A DNA stretch of 63,165 nt, filler included. It is 4 parts of 4 records of this genome, joined end to end, with 100 filler letters (N's around TTAATTAATTAA, not from the genome) between each part and the next. Parts side by side here need not be neighbours in the genome. Positions count along the whole stretch, not along the records: positions 1 to 27,593 come from DRR723986_5611; positions 27,694 to 50,907 come from DRR723986_5612; 2 more parts are not named here. One strand, written 5' to 3'. The translations under genes were made by a program, and so were the position numbers. This document shows positions 17,692 to 27,726 of the stretch, piece by piece (position 1 is the first letter of the stretch; each line of letters starts with the position of its first letter). The notes beneath the pieces were generated by a model, which was not told the DNA's origin, made no database searches, and was given only the letters and a program-made list of their open reading frames with translations.

Positions 17692-19470
17692 ATGACAGAG
17701 TACAGAGCACCGACGCGGGAAATGGTTTTCACACTCCAGCACGTAGCTGGATTCTCCGAAATGGTCAAAGCCTGCGGCTATGAAGAAGCTTCCGAGGATG
17801 TCGTTAGGGCGATTCTGGAAGAAGCTGCAAGATTCTCAACTTCAGTGATTGCACCGACGAATGCCGTCGGTGATCGACAAGGCGTGAAGCTTGACCAGAA
17901 CGGCGTTGTCAAAACCCCCGAGGGTTTTCGTGAAGCCTATCAGCAGTATGCCGATAGTGGTTGGGCCAGTTTGCAATTCAACCCTGAATTTGAGGGTCAA
18001 GGCCTGCCGTTTTCTCTGGCGATACCGGTACAGGAAATGTGGCATGCTGCCAACATGGCCTGGGGGCTCTGTCCTCTGTTGTCTCAAGGCGCCGTCGAAG
18101 CACTTTCAGAAAATGCGAGCGACGAACTCAAACGAAAACTACTGCCTAAAATGGTCTCCGGCCATTGGACCGGAACCATGAACCTTACCGAGCCTCAGTC
18201 TGGCTCTGACCTCTCCGGTATTAGAACCCAAGCTGTTCGAGACGGCGATATCTATCGGATTAAAGGCCAGAAGATATTCATCACCTGGGGTGAACACGAT
18301 CTGGCAGAGAATATTGTACATCTGGTGCTGGCCCGCCTACCGGATGCACCCGCCGGGGTAAAAGGCATCTCACTGTTTGCCGTGCCCAAATTTATCCCGG
18401 ACGATCATGGCAACATCGGCACCAGAAATGACTGTCGTGCGGTATCCCTCGAGCACAAGTTGGGCATCCATGCCAGCCCCACGTGTGTGATGAGCTATGG
18501 AGACAATGACGGCGCCGTTGGCTACCTGGTAGGGGAAGAAAACCGAGGCCTGGCGTGTATGTTCACGATGATGAACAATGCCCGCCTTACCGTAGGCCTT
18601 CAGGGCGTTTCGATATCAGAACGGGCTTACCAGCAGGCCCTCGCTTACACCCGTGAACGAACTCAGGGAACAGCCCCGGGTGATACCGGACTCTCAGCAA
18701 TCATCAGGCACCCAGACGTGCGTCGGATGCTGATGACCATGAAAGCGCTGACCGAAGCCGCGCGAGCTCTCGCATATAAAGGGTGCGTCGCCGTCGATTT
18801 TGCCAAAGGCAAACACCTGCCTGATGATCTCAGGGCCCGTCAGCAACGCCGGGCGGACCTGCTGACACCGTTGGTTAAAGGCTGGTGCACGGAGATCGCA
18901 CAAGAAGTGACTTCGTTAGCGATCCAGTGCCACGGCGGAATGGGTTTTGTGGAAGAGACGGGTATAGCCCAGCATTACCGTGATGCTCGTATTTTGCCCA
19001 TCTATGAGGGAACCAATGGTATTCAGGCACTAGACCTCATTGGCAGAAAGACCATTCGTGACAACGGGATGGCGGTTCGGGAACTGTTGGCGGATATGCA
19101 GGCATCTGCTGATACAGCTCGCGAACAGTCTCTGCTCACTCAGGAACGACAGTCCAGATTTGATCAAGCGGTAGCGTTTGTAGAGGATGCGACCAAGATA
19201 GTACTTGAGCACCGGGCAGACGAGGCCTTTACCGGCTCCGTCGCGTTCAACTATCTGATGCTGAGTTCAACCGTTACAGCTGCCTGGCTCATGCTGGAGT
19301 CCGCATCAAAGGCGAACGGTACCAAATCGAACGATGACAAGTTCGCTGCCCAAAAACTGACTACCACAAATTTCTTTTTCGATCATATTCTGCCCCGTTG
19401 CTCCGGATACCTAACGGCATTGCGCTCGGGAGACGAGGCGGTCATGGCATTGTCAGAAACAGACTTATAA
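17692..19470 (+). CDS. Acyl-CoA dehydrogenase, FadE5/DmdC-type
   Basis: WTGTMNLTEPQSGSDL, KIFITWGEHD, EHKLGIHASPT, IYEGTNGIQA. Confidence 0.92.
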   Translation: MTEYRAPTREMVFTLQHVAGFSEMVKACGYEEASEDVVRAILEEAARFSTSVIAPTNAVGDRQGVKLDQNGVVKTPEGFREAYQQYADSGWASLQFNPEFEGQGLPFSLAIPVQEMWHAANMAWGLCPLLSQGAVEALSENASDELKRKLLPKMVSGHWTGTMNLTEPQSGSDLSGIRTQAVRDGDIYRIKGQKIFITWGEHDLAENIVHLVLARLPDAPAGVKGISLFAVPKFIPDDHGNIGTRNDCRAVSLEHKLGIHASPTCVMSYGDNDGAVGYLVGEENRGLACMFTMMNNARLTVGLQGVSISERAYQQALAYTRERTQGTAPGDTGLSAIIRHPDVRRMLMTMKALTEAARALAYKGCVAVDFAKGKHLPDDLRARQQRRADLLTPLVKGWCTEIAQEVTSLAIQCHGGMGFVEETGIAQHYRDARILPIYEGTNGIQALDLIGRKTIRDNGMAVRELLADMQASADTAREQSLLTQERQSRFDQAVAFVEDATKIVLEHRADEAFTGSVAFNYLMLSSTVTAAWLMLESASKANGTKSNDDKFAAQKLTTTNFFFDHILPRCSGYLTALRSGDEAVMALSETDL

Positions 19471-19494
19471 TTCAGCGTTCTTAGGTGACCAACC

Positions 19495-20916
19495 ATGTTC
19501 ATAAATGGCGAGTGGGTGACCAACCGACAACAGTTTCCCGTTACAAATCCTGCAACAGGTGAAACAATCGGAGAGGTCCCCGACTGCACAGATGAAGACA
19601 TTGAATCGGCCATAACGGCCGCTGATACAGCGTTTGGAGATTGGAAGAAGACCACAACTTACCAGCGATCTCAGCTGTTATACCGAGCCTGGGAGTTAAT
19701 GATACGCCGCAAGCGAGAACTCGCGGTGCTGATGACCCGAGAGCAAGGCAAACCGCTTAAGGCCTCTCTCAACGAGGTCCAGTATGGTGCCGATTTCCTT
19801 TTATGGTTCGCAGAGGAAGCAAAGCGAACTTACGGACAAACGATACCATCATCCAGAGAGAACCAGAGGTTTATTGTCCACAAGTCACCTGTTGGCGTTG
19901 TGGGCGCCATCACGCCGTGGAATTATCCAATTTCGATGATAACTCGGAAGCTAGCCCCCGCTCTGGCGGCGGGCTGCACGGTAATTCTGAAGCCTGCTGA
20001 AAGCACGCCTCTATGCGCTAAAGCCATGATGGAGATTTTTGCTGAGGCAGGTTTTCCTGCAGGCGTGATTAATTGTATTACTGTTCAGAATCCCGCTCGG
20101 GTTGGCACAGCATTCTGCACCGATCCACGCATCCGAAAGCTAACGTTTACAGGCTCAACACCGATTGGCAAAGAACTTAACGGACTGGCTGCAGCCAACA
20201 TGAAAAGGGTTTCGATGGAACTAGGTGGTCATGCGCCTGCCATTGTCTTTCCCGATGCAGACCCAGTGCACGCAGCCAAAGGTCTCTCCTTGGTCAAGTA
20301 CTTGAATACAGGCCAGGCTTGCATAAGCCCCAACCGCATCTTTGTTCACGAAGACCATCTGGAACCATTCATCTCAGAACTTACCAGCCGCACAAAGCGG
20401 CTAAAGGCCGGCAATGGCATGAATGAAGGCGTCGGGATTGGACCATTAATAAACGAACTGGCACTCCAGAAGGTGGATCGGCAGGTCAAAGATGCTGTTG
20501 CCCGGGGCGCGAAGATCGAAACTGGCGGCCAACGTCTGACTGAAGGAGAGTTGGGTGCCGGGTTCTTTTACGCACCAACCGTTCTCTCCGGCGTAACCGA
20601 GGCTATGGCGATATACCAGGAGGAGACTTTCGGGCCGGTCGCGCCAATAATCGCGTACAAATCCGAAGATGACGTCATTGCTATGGCGAATGATACCGAT
20701 TATGGGCTGGCCGCCTATATCTACAGCAACAATATCAGCACTGCCATTAGAGCATTCGAGGCTCTGGATTTCGGAATCATTGGCATTAACGACATAAACC
20801 CGACCAGCGCTGCCGCCCCCTTTGGCGGAATGAAAAACAGCGGTCTGGGAAGAGAGGGTGCTCAGGAGGGCATTGAAGAGTATTTGGAAACCAAACTTGG
20901 CGGTCTCGTCATCTAA
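19495..20916 (+). CDS. NAD(P)-dependent aldehyde dehydrogenase, GabD/SSADH-like
   Basis: ITPWNYP, FTGST, MELGG, GQAC, EETFGP. Confidence 0.92.
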   Translation: MFINGEWVTNRQQFPVTNPATGETIGEVPDCTDEDIESAITAADTAFGDWKKTTTYQRSQLLYRAWELMIRRKRELAVLMTREQGKPLKASLNEVQYGADFLLWFAEEAKRTYGQTIPSSRENQRFIVHKSPVGVVGAITPWNYPISMITRKLAPALAAGCTVILKPAESTPLCAKAMMEIFAEAGFPAGVINCITVQNPARVGTAFCTDPRIRKLTFTGSTPIGKELNGLAAANMKRVSMELGGHAPAIVFPDADPVHAAKGLSLVKYLNTGQACISPNRIFVHEDHLEPFISELTSRTKRLKAGNGMNEGVGIGPLINELALQKVDRQVKDAVARGAKIETGGQRLTEGELGAGFFYAPTVLSGVTEAMAIYQEETFGPVAPIIAYKSEDDVIAMANDTDYGLAAYIYSNNISTAIRAFEALDFGIIGINDINPTSAAAPFGGMKNSGLGREGAQEGIEEYLETKLGGLVI

Positions 20917-20932
20917 AGACCATCCTCCTTTT

Positions 20933-20957
20933 GCCCGGCTACATGCCGGGCTTTTTT
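20933..20957 (+). terminator. Rho-independent terminator of the mcd-phaB-acd-ald operon
   Basis: GCCCGGC-TACAT-GCCGGGC-TTTTTT. Confidence 0.85.
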
Positions 20958-20995
20958 AACCTTCCTGAACCGTCTGAACTCGAAAGCTCACTTAC

Positions 20996-21019
20996 AAAAA
21001 ACCCCGGCATGCGCCGGGG
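20996..21019 (-). terminator. Rho-independent terminator of the permease/ligase operon
   Basis: AAAAAA-CCCCGGC-ATGC-GCCGGGG on the plus strand. Confidence 0.8.
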
Positions 21020-21051
21020 AAATACCTACACCAGGTTCACACCATCTTCTA

Positions 21052-22677
21052 CTATGTCATCAGTTGGCTTCTCAGCAGGTGCTTCTGAAGTTTTCCCGTT
21101 GACGTTTTCGGCAATTCCTCCGCAAAAACAACCTTCTTCGGGACTTTAAAACCAGCAAGGTTCGCACGGCAATGGGCAACGATATCTTCTGCTGTCAGCC
21201 CCTCGTTATTCGGCTTGAGCGTAATAAAAGCGCAAGGGATTTCGCCCCAGTGATCATCGGGCGCTGCCACCACCGCGGCTTCCATCACAGCGGGGTGATC
21301 ATACAAAGTGCTTTCAACCTCAAGGGTAGAAATGTTCTCGCCGCCAGATATGATGATATCTTTGGATCTGTCCTTAATCTCAACGTAGCCGTCTGGGTGC
21401 CAAACGCCCAGGTCACCAGTATGAAACCATCCACCCTTGAGAGACTTATTCGTTTCCTCGGGGTTGTTTAAATATCCCTTCATCACTGCATTGCCACGAA
21501 CGAAGAGTTCCCCGATGGAGATACCATCCTGAGCAACCGGCTCCATCGTATTGGGATCGGCGACCATCATGTCGGCCATTGACAGAGAAAGAATTCCTTG
21601 CCGAGCCATTTTGACAGCCTTCTGTTTCAAACCCAGCGTATGCCAGTCGTCCTGGAACTCACAAATGAGGCTTGGTCCGTAGGTTTCCGTCAGGCCATAG
21701 AGATGAACCACTTTGATTCCCATGGATTCCATCGATTCAATAGTCGCTGCAGGGGGGGCTGCGCCGCCCGTTGCAGCCGTAATGGACTGATTGAAAGGCC
21801 GCTTCTGATCTTCCGGCGCGTTGATGAGCATGTTCAAAACGACGGGAGCGGCACAGAAATGGGTAACACCGTGCTTCTCAAAAGCTTCAAACACCGGCTT
21901 CGGGTGTGGTGACCTGAGGCACACGTGGGTGCCAGCCGCTGCCGTGACCGCCCAGGGATAACACCAGCCATTGCAATGAAACATTGGCAGTGTCCAGAGA
22001 TACACGGCACCTGCCGGCAATCCGAACCCGATGACGTTGCTCAATGCATTCAAGTGAGCTCCGCGATGATGATAAACAACACCTTTGGGATTTCCGGTCG
22101 TTCCTGATGTGTAGTTCAGTGCAATGGCTTGCCATTCATCGCTCGGCATTTCCCACTCGAAATTGTCCTCGCCGGTCGAGAGCAATTCATCGTAGGTCAT
22201 ACGACCAATCAACTCGCCTCCCTCAAAGCATGGATCATCAACGTCCACGACAATGGGCTTTGCGTCACACCCCGAGAGCGCTTCGCGGGACCGATCGCTG
22301 TACTCTTTGTCGGTAAAGAACACCTTGGCACGACCATGATTCAGCATGAATGTCATGGTCTTGGAGTCGAGGCGTGTGTTCTGGGCGTTCAGAACGGCAC
22401 CGATCATTGGCACGGCAAAATGCAACTCCAACATCTCCGGAATATTGGGAAGCAAAGCGGCAACCGTATCGCCTTTTCGAACACCCAGCTTGCGAAGCGC
22501 TGAAGCCATTTTCAGACAGCGCTGATAGGTTTCTGCCCACGATCGGCGAATATCGCCGTGGATGACGGCGGTTCGGGAGGGGTGAGCCAACGCTGTTCTT
22601 TGGATGAACGTGATCGGTGTCAGAGGTGTGTAATTAGCCTCCAACCTATCCAGCCCGAGCTCAAACATATTTTCCAT
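21052..22677 (-). CDS. Short/medium-chain acyl-CoA synthetase (AMP-forming)
   Basis: ANYTPLTP, YTSGTTGNPKG, LPMFHCNGW, YGLTE, LPKTSTGK. Confidence 0.92.
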   Translation of the reverse strand: MENMFELGLDRLEANYTPLTPITFIQRTALAHPSRTAVIHGDIRRSWAETYQRCLKMASALRKLGVRKGDTVAALLPNIPEMLELHFAVPMIGAVLNAQNTRLDSKTMTFMLNHGRAKVFFTDKEYSDRSREALSGCDAKPIVVDVDDPCFEGGELIGRMTYDELLSTGEDNFEWEMPSDEWQAIALNYTSGTTGNPKGVVYHHRGAHLNALSNVIGFGLPAGAVYLWTLPMFHCNGWCYPWAVTAAAGTHVCLRSPHPKPVFEAFEKHGVTHFCAAPVVLNMLINAPEDQKRPFNQSITAATGGAAPPAATIESMESMGIKVVHLYGLTETYGPSLICEFQDDWHTLGLKQKAVKMARQGILSLSMADMMVADPNTMEPVAQDGISIGELFVRGNAVMKGYLNNPEETNKSLKGGWFHTGDLGVWHPDGYVEIKDRSKDIIISGGENISTLEVESTLYDHPAVMEAAVVAAPDDHWGEIPCAFITLKPNNEGLTAEDIVAHCRANLAGFKVPKKVVFAEELPKTSTGKLQKHLLRSQLMT

Positions 22678-22719
22678 TTCATCTAGCCTCTTGTTTTTGT
22701 ACAACAACCTTCTTTTACA

Positions 22720-24120
22720 TCAACTCCGATCAGCGACCGCATCCTCTCCAACGCCATCATCGTGGTGATGCGTAGCCTCATATGCATCAGCAAACCAGTT
22801 TTTCTCGAGGAAGAACCAAAGCACCAGCCCGACCCCAAGCCCCCAGGCGGCACCTTTCACCGCCAGCACCGAGCCCACGATCACGGCCACGCCCCGCTCG
22901 AGATTGGTTTGGCGATCCAGCATTTCGATCGCCAGATAGCCACACAGATAGCCCTGAATCAGCAGAGTCAGCGCCATACCGATGTTCAGTCCAGGCTTGA
23001 AGAGCGTCACCACGGGCACCAGCACAATCGCAATGGTCATGCCCCAGTACAGGCTGGTTGCCCCACCCCAGTAACTGTCCATAACGGAGCGGGGATTGTT
23101 CATATACCGGTTAATCACCAAAGCCTGACCACCGGTCCAGCCCGGCCCGGACAGGCTTATAAAAGGTGCAAACAAGGCGTGCAGCATATTGCGAATACCC
23201 ACAATGATGCTGTTTCGGCGTGGGCTGAACACAAGTTTTTCATCCTTGCGTACACCGTCGGCATTCTTGAAGAGCGAATCCATTACCAGAATGTCGCCAA
23301 ACGCGATGATGTAAGCTGCCAATGCCAGGGGAATTGCATCGATAAAGTATTCAAGAGGAGGAAATCCCAGACCGAATAGACTGTAATCCCGGAAGATCGT
23401 GGAAAAGGGAATAGTGGTGAACCCCCACTCGATGACCGGCGCATTAACCTCGCCAATGATGATGCCGAATACGTAGGCAATCAGAAACGGCACGGCGATA
23501 CCGTACTGCGCAACAAACCGGAAAAAACCGTAGCGCGCACGCAGAGGCCCGGCTGTTTCGGAAAACAGCATGAAAAAGCCAAGAACGGCACCAGTCAGAA
23601 TCGTGATAGGCATGCTCCATACGCGACCGTCCGCCGCAAATTCGCCCATCACGGCGGACACTCCGGCCCCAATCAGGATGCCGGACTTGAGCGACATGGG
23701 CATCTTGCGCACCAATGCATCGGCACCTTTAAACACCCCCAGCCCAAGAAAAATCACCGCGACCGTTAGCTGCAGCGCAATGAGTGCGAGCAAACGCTCG
23801 TCCCCCTCTGGATAGCCAGTCAGAAAGGCGATGTAAAGGGGAATGCCGGCGGTAATCCACCCTGCTACCGCCGGGTCGCCAAAATGTGAATGCACCAGAT
23901 AAAGAATATTGTTTAACAAAACAAAAGCGACAGCGATTTCAAAGGGTATACCGAGAACCGACGTCATCAAGGCGGTGATACTGAGTGGAACCACGCACAG
24001 GATAGCCCCCTGCAGCACATCCGGAATTTCCACTTTGTAGTGCACAAAGGGAACACGCAATTTCAGTGCACCCAACATCGATGGTTGCTCACCACCGGTC
24101 GGTCTTTTGTGTAAGGACAT
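22720..24120 (-). CDS. Multi-pass membrane transporter (distant NCS2/SLC23-like permease)
   Basis: About 12 hydrophobic segments; co-oriented directly upstream of the acyl-CoA synthetase; GGAG RBS. Confidence 0.75.
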   Translation of the reverse strand: MSLHKRPTGGEQPSMLGALKLRVPFVHYKVEIPDVLQGAILCVVPLSITALMTSVLGIPFEIAVAFVLLNNILYLVHSHFGDPAVAGWITAGIPLYIAFLTGYPEGDERLLALIALQLTVAVIFLGLGVFKGADALVRKMPMSLKSGILIGAGVSAVMGEFAADGRVWSMPITILTGAVLGFFMLFSETAGPLRARYGFFRFVAQYGIAVPFLIAYVFGIIIGEVNAPVIEWGFTTIPFSTIFRDYSLFGLGFPPLEYFIDAIPLALAAYIIAFGDILVMDSLFKNADGVRKDEKLVFSPRRNSIIVGIRNMLHALFAPFISLSGPGWTGGQALVINRYMNNPRSVMDSYWGGATSLYWGMTIAIVLVPVVTLFKPGLNIGMALTLLIQGYLCGYLAIEMLDRQTNLERGVAVIVGSVLAVKGAAWGLGVGLVLWFFLEKNWFADAYEATHHHDDGVGEDAVADRS

Positions 24121-24204
24121 TGTTTTTGTTCTCCATCCAATTGAATTCATGAAAGGATATACCTCGATCGAAATACTAGGCATTATCACGGATACATTCA
24201 ATGG

Positions 24205-24226
24205 TTTTTACTTGGTTTTTCGAGTA
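24205..24226. promoter_or_regulatory. Further copy of the cluster operator motif upstream of the permease
   Basis: TTTTTACTTGGTTTTTCGAGTA, near-identical to 15451-15470. Confidence 0.6.
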
Positions 24227-24543
24227 TTTTTAATTGAATCCATTGCCAGCATTCCAAGCGGGAGGCATAAACGCCTGATTGCGTTACATGTATGAGTGAG
24301 CAGAAGACGTCGACAGGGCCCCGAAACTCTTTCGGGGCTCTTGGGAAGGGCTGATATAGTGACAGACAGGATCTGGAGCCGGGCACAGAAACACTGTAAG
24401 TGTTCCAACGCCCGTTCTAACCATGCGATGCAGTCAGAATCTCCGGCGCGGGGAATCGCCTCAATGTGGGCTTGAGAGTCCGAGGTAGTATCGACTCACC
24501 TCAACATAAATCAAATACAGTAGATTATGGTTAGGTCGGTTAA

Positions 24544-26127
24544 CTAACGCTGTCCACGATCTGTTTCTCCGGAGAACTTAAACCTCACTACCAACTCGTG
24601 TAATTCGGCCGCGATCTTCTCCATCTTTTGAACACTGGCTGCGGACTGTTCGCCTTTCTCAAAGTTCACCGATGCGAGCGAGGAAATGCTCTCGACCTGC
24701 TCGTTAATCTGGTCGGAAACCTGCGCCTGTTCCTCCACAGCGGTGGCCATCTGAATCGCCATTTCTGCAATGGTATTCACTGAGTCTGCAATCTGGTTCA
24801 GGGTCTTTTCCGCATCCAGCATACGATCCAGCCCACTGTCTGAAGCCAGATTACCCTGTTCGGCGACCTTCACCGATTCGGACGACCTTGAGAGAAGCTT
24901 GTCGATGATCCCGTGAATCTCACGGGTGGAATTCTGGGTCCGTTGGGCCAGGTTCCGGACCTCATCCGCCACCACCGCGAAGCCACGCCCGTGTTCCCCG
25001 GCTCTGGCAGCTTCAATCGCCGCGTTCAGAGCCAGCAGATTGGTCTGCTCGGCGATGTCTTCAATGATCTTCGCCACATCTGCAATCTTTTCACTCTCCG
25101 TCGCCAACTCACCGACGGAGCGACTGATGCCATGAACGGTGGTTTTCAGTTCTTCAATAGACTGCCTGGTTGAGGCGACAACCTGGCTGCCCTGTTCCGC
25201 CAATACCCTGGCCCCATCGGCTTTGTCGGCGGTTCGCTGCACGTTTTCGGAGACTTCGCCGATGGTCTGCGACATTTCATGAACTGCCGCGGCCACCTGC
25301 TCGGTCTCGGCCTGCTGTTTCCTCATGGTGTCCTGGGCCTGAGAGGAGTATTCCAGACCTCTGACTGCGGCAGTCTTTACACCGGCGGCAGAATCTTCAA
25401 TTCGGGTCAATACGGCGTCAAGGTGGGCTTGTTGCGCTCTGACCGCCACCTTGATGCGCCCTAACTGCAGGTCATCATCGGTGTAGCTTCGCGCTGCCAG
25501 GTTGTCTGTAAAGGTATTACCCATCATATCGGTAACCGACTGAATCAACCGGTGCCTCGCTATATTCATCCAGATCGCATAGACGAGCACACCCACCGAC
25601 AGCAAAAGCTCTGACAACACTTGTTGGCCCGAGAGGAATAATCCCCCGGCTGCCATCAACAATCCCAAAAGGCACCAGGTGCTTGGCGCCACCCGATGCC
25701 AGAACGGGATCCCGGTTTTCCCTTCCCTAATCGACTTGTAGAGTTTCTCAGCCCTGGCCACATCCTCCCGGCCCGGACAAGAGCGAACGGATTCATAACC
25801 GACAACCTCGCCATTTGCGGTCACCGGTGTGACGTAGGCACTGACCCAATAGAAGTCGCCGTTCTTGCAGCGGTTTTTCACCAGGCCCATCCAGGGTCGG
25901 CCGGCCTTAAGGTGAGACCACATGTTCTCATAGGCTTTCGGAGGCATATCCGGATGACGAACGATATTGTGCGGTTGCCCGATCAACTCATCCCGGGAAA
26001 AACCGCTGACCGCCACGAAAGCGTCGTTACAGTGCAAGATCTTTCCCCGCAGATCCGTTGAGGAAATCAGTTTTTGCGATTCCGGAAACGTTCTTTCGTT
26101 CCCGGTTATGGGTAGATTCTGTCGCAC
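24544..26127 (-). CDS. aer: Aerotaxis receptor (PAS + MCP)
   Basis: [61 protein letters not shown]. Confidence 0.92.
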   Translation of the reverse strand: MRQNLPITGNERTFPESQKLISSTDLRGKILHCNDAFVAVSGFSRDELIGQPHNIVRHPDMPPKAYENMWSHLKAGRPWMGLVKNRCKNGDFYWVSAYVTPVTANGEVVGYESVRSCPGREDVARAEKLYKSIREGKTGIPFWHRVAPSTWCLLGLLMAAGGLFLSGQQVLSELLLSVGVLVYAIWMNIARHRLIQSVTDMMGNTFTDNLAARSYTDDDLQLGRIKVAVRAQQAHLDAVLTRIEDSAAGVKTAAVRGLEYSSQAQDTMRKQQAETEQVAAAVHEMSQTIGEVSENVQRTADKADGARVLAEQGSQVVASTRQSIEELKTTVHGISRSVGELATESEKIADVAKIIEDIAEQTNLLALNAAIEAARAGEHGRGFAVVADEVRNLAQRTQNSTREIHGIIDKLLSRSSESVKVAEQGNLASDSGLDRMLDAEKTLNQIADSVNTIAEMAIQMATAVEEQAQVSDQINEQVESISSLASVNFEKGEQSAASVQKMEKIAAELHELVVRFKFSGETDRGQR

Positions 26128-26459
26128 GAGGTTCGTCCTTTTCAGCCTGGCCGGTTGTTGTCGGTGGGGCGGCGATTATCGCTGTCCCGTTGCCCAGTTC
26201 CAGTTTGTTTTGTAACGAACAGCCACAAGTCCCATAGGCCTCTCTCAGGCGCTCCATACCTTTTTAATCGGGGTGTGGTTTCAATGAAAAGGTTATTCAG
26301 GGAGGTGGCAATATCAGGCAGCCTGCGAGAACAATCCCTTTCCTCACAGGTTAAAGAATAGACGATTTCGGAATTTCTGCGCGACAGCAGCAAAAAATAT
26401 GTAGCCACTCGCACCAAAAAAGCAGTTTGGCCGCAGAGCGTCGCAGTTCGACCTTAAAA

Positions 26460-27083
26460 TCAGGCTACGCGGAAACCCTTGGCCACCAGATACACCTCCC
26501 GGGATCTGGCCCGGGACGAATCCGGCTTGCGAATCACCACCTTATCGAAGGACTCGCGCACGGTTTTCACATACTCATCATAGCCTTCACCATGGAACAC
26601 CTTGGCAACAAAACTGCCTTTGGGTTTGAGCACCTGGCAGGCCATATCCAGGGCCAGTTCCACCAGATACATGGAGGCTGCCTGGTCTGCGGCGTTTACG
26701 CCACTGATGTTGGGGGCCATATCCGAGATCACGACGTCAGCACGGGCCCCGTCCAGTATCGCCATGATCTGGTCGAAGACCTCCTGTTCGGTGAAGTCGC
26801 CCTGGATGAATTCGACGCCGGCAATCGGATCCATCGGCAAAATGTCAGACGCCACCACACGGCCCTTGTGGCCCACCAGTTTCGCCGCCACCTGGGACCA
26901 GCCGCCCGGGGCCGAACCCAGATCGACGACTAGGTCCGTGGGTTTAATCAGCCGATCCTTGTTGTTGATTTCCAGCAGTTTGTAACTGGCACGGGAACGA
27001 TAGCCATCCTGTTGCGCCTGTTTTACAAAGGGGTCGTTTACGTGCTCTTCGAGCCACCGGTTACTGCTTTTCGAGCGTGCCAT
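26460..27083 (-). CDS. rlmE: 23S rRNA Um2552 methyltransferase
   Basis: [36 protein letters not shown]. Confidence 0.96.
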   Translation of the reverse strand: MARSKSSNRWLEEHVNDPFVKQAQQDGYRSRASYKLLEINNKDRLIKPTDLVVDLGSAPGGWSQVAAKLVGHKGRVVASDILPMDPIAGVEFIQGDFTEQEVFDQIMAILDGARADVVISDMAPNISGVNAADQAASMYLVELALDMACQVLKPKGSFVAKVFHGEGYDEYVKTVRESFDKVVIRKPDSSRARSREVYLVAKGFRVA

Positions 27084-27263
27084 CGCCTGCCTTCTGTTCA
27101 CTGCGGGAAAACCGGCATTGTACGCCGGCGTCAGTGACGCCGCAAAAACCAGCCACTTCCTGACAAGCCAGCCAAGCCCCCGTACAATAGCGCCTGATCA
27201 CATGCCTCATTAAAACCATCATCGCCCGGCCCCGGCCGTGCCAGGCACCATGGAAAGCAGACC

Positions 27264-27593
27264 GTGAAACTGGACGACATCAAAAAGCTGCATCAAAAGA
27301 AATACCGCCAGTCGTTCGGACAGTTTCTGGTGGAAGGCGAGCATCTGGTACTGGAGCTGGAAAAAGCGGCGAAGCAGGTGCCCCACTGGCGCAACGCCCA
27401 ACTGTATGTGACCGGCGCCTACGAGCACTGGCCCAGCCTCTGGCCCAAGCACGTCATAAGTGACCGGCAGATGGCCCAGCTTTCCGATACCAGAACGCCT
27501 CAGGGCATCCTGGCGTTGGTGCCACTGCCACCGGCTGCCCGCGGAGAAAACGCCTCCCGGGAAAAAGCGCTTTACCTTCACGAGGTCCAGGAT
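27264..27593 (+). CDS. TrmH/SpoU-family RNA methyltransferase, 5' part (contig end)
   Basis: KKLHQKKYR...FLVEGEHLV..TPQGILA..LHEVQD. Confidence 0.8.
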
Positions 27594-27693
27594 NNNNNNN
27601 NNNNNNNNNNNNNNNNNNNNNNNNNNNNNNNNNNNNNTTAATTAATTAANNNNNNNNNNNNNNNNNNNNNNNNNNNNNNNNNNNNNNNNNNNN
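27594..27693. other. Artificial contig spacer
   Basis: 44 N + TTAATTAATTAA (stops in all frames) + 44 N. Confidence 0.98.
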
Positions 27694-27726
27694 AGAGCTG
27701 GGAAGAGGGGCGAAGCGCTCAAGAAT

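Noticed and set aside
24315-24341. Hairpin GCCCCGAAA-CTC-TTTCGGGGC between aer and the permease
   Set aside because: No clear U-tract and no second copy; cannot be assigned beyond a possible terminator.
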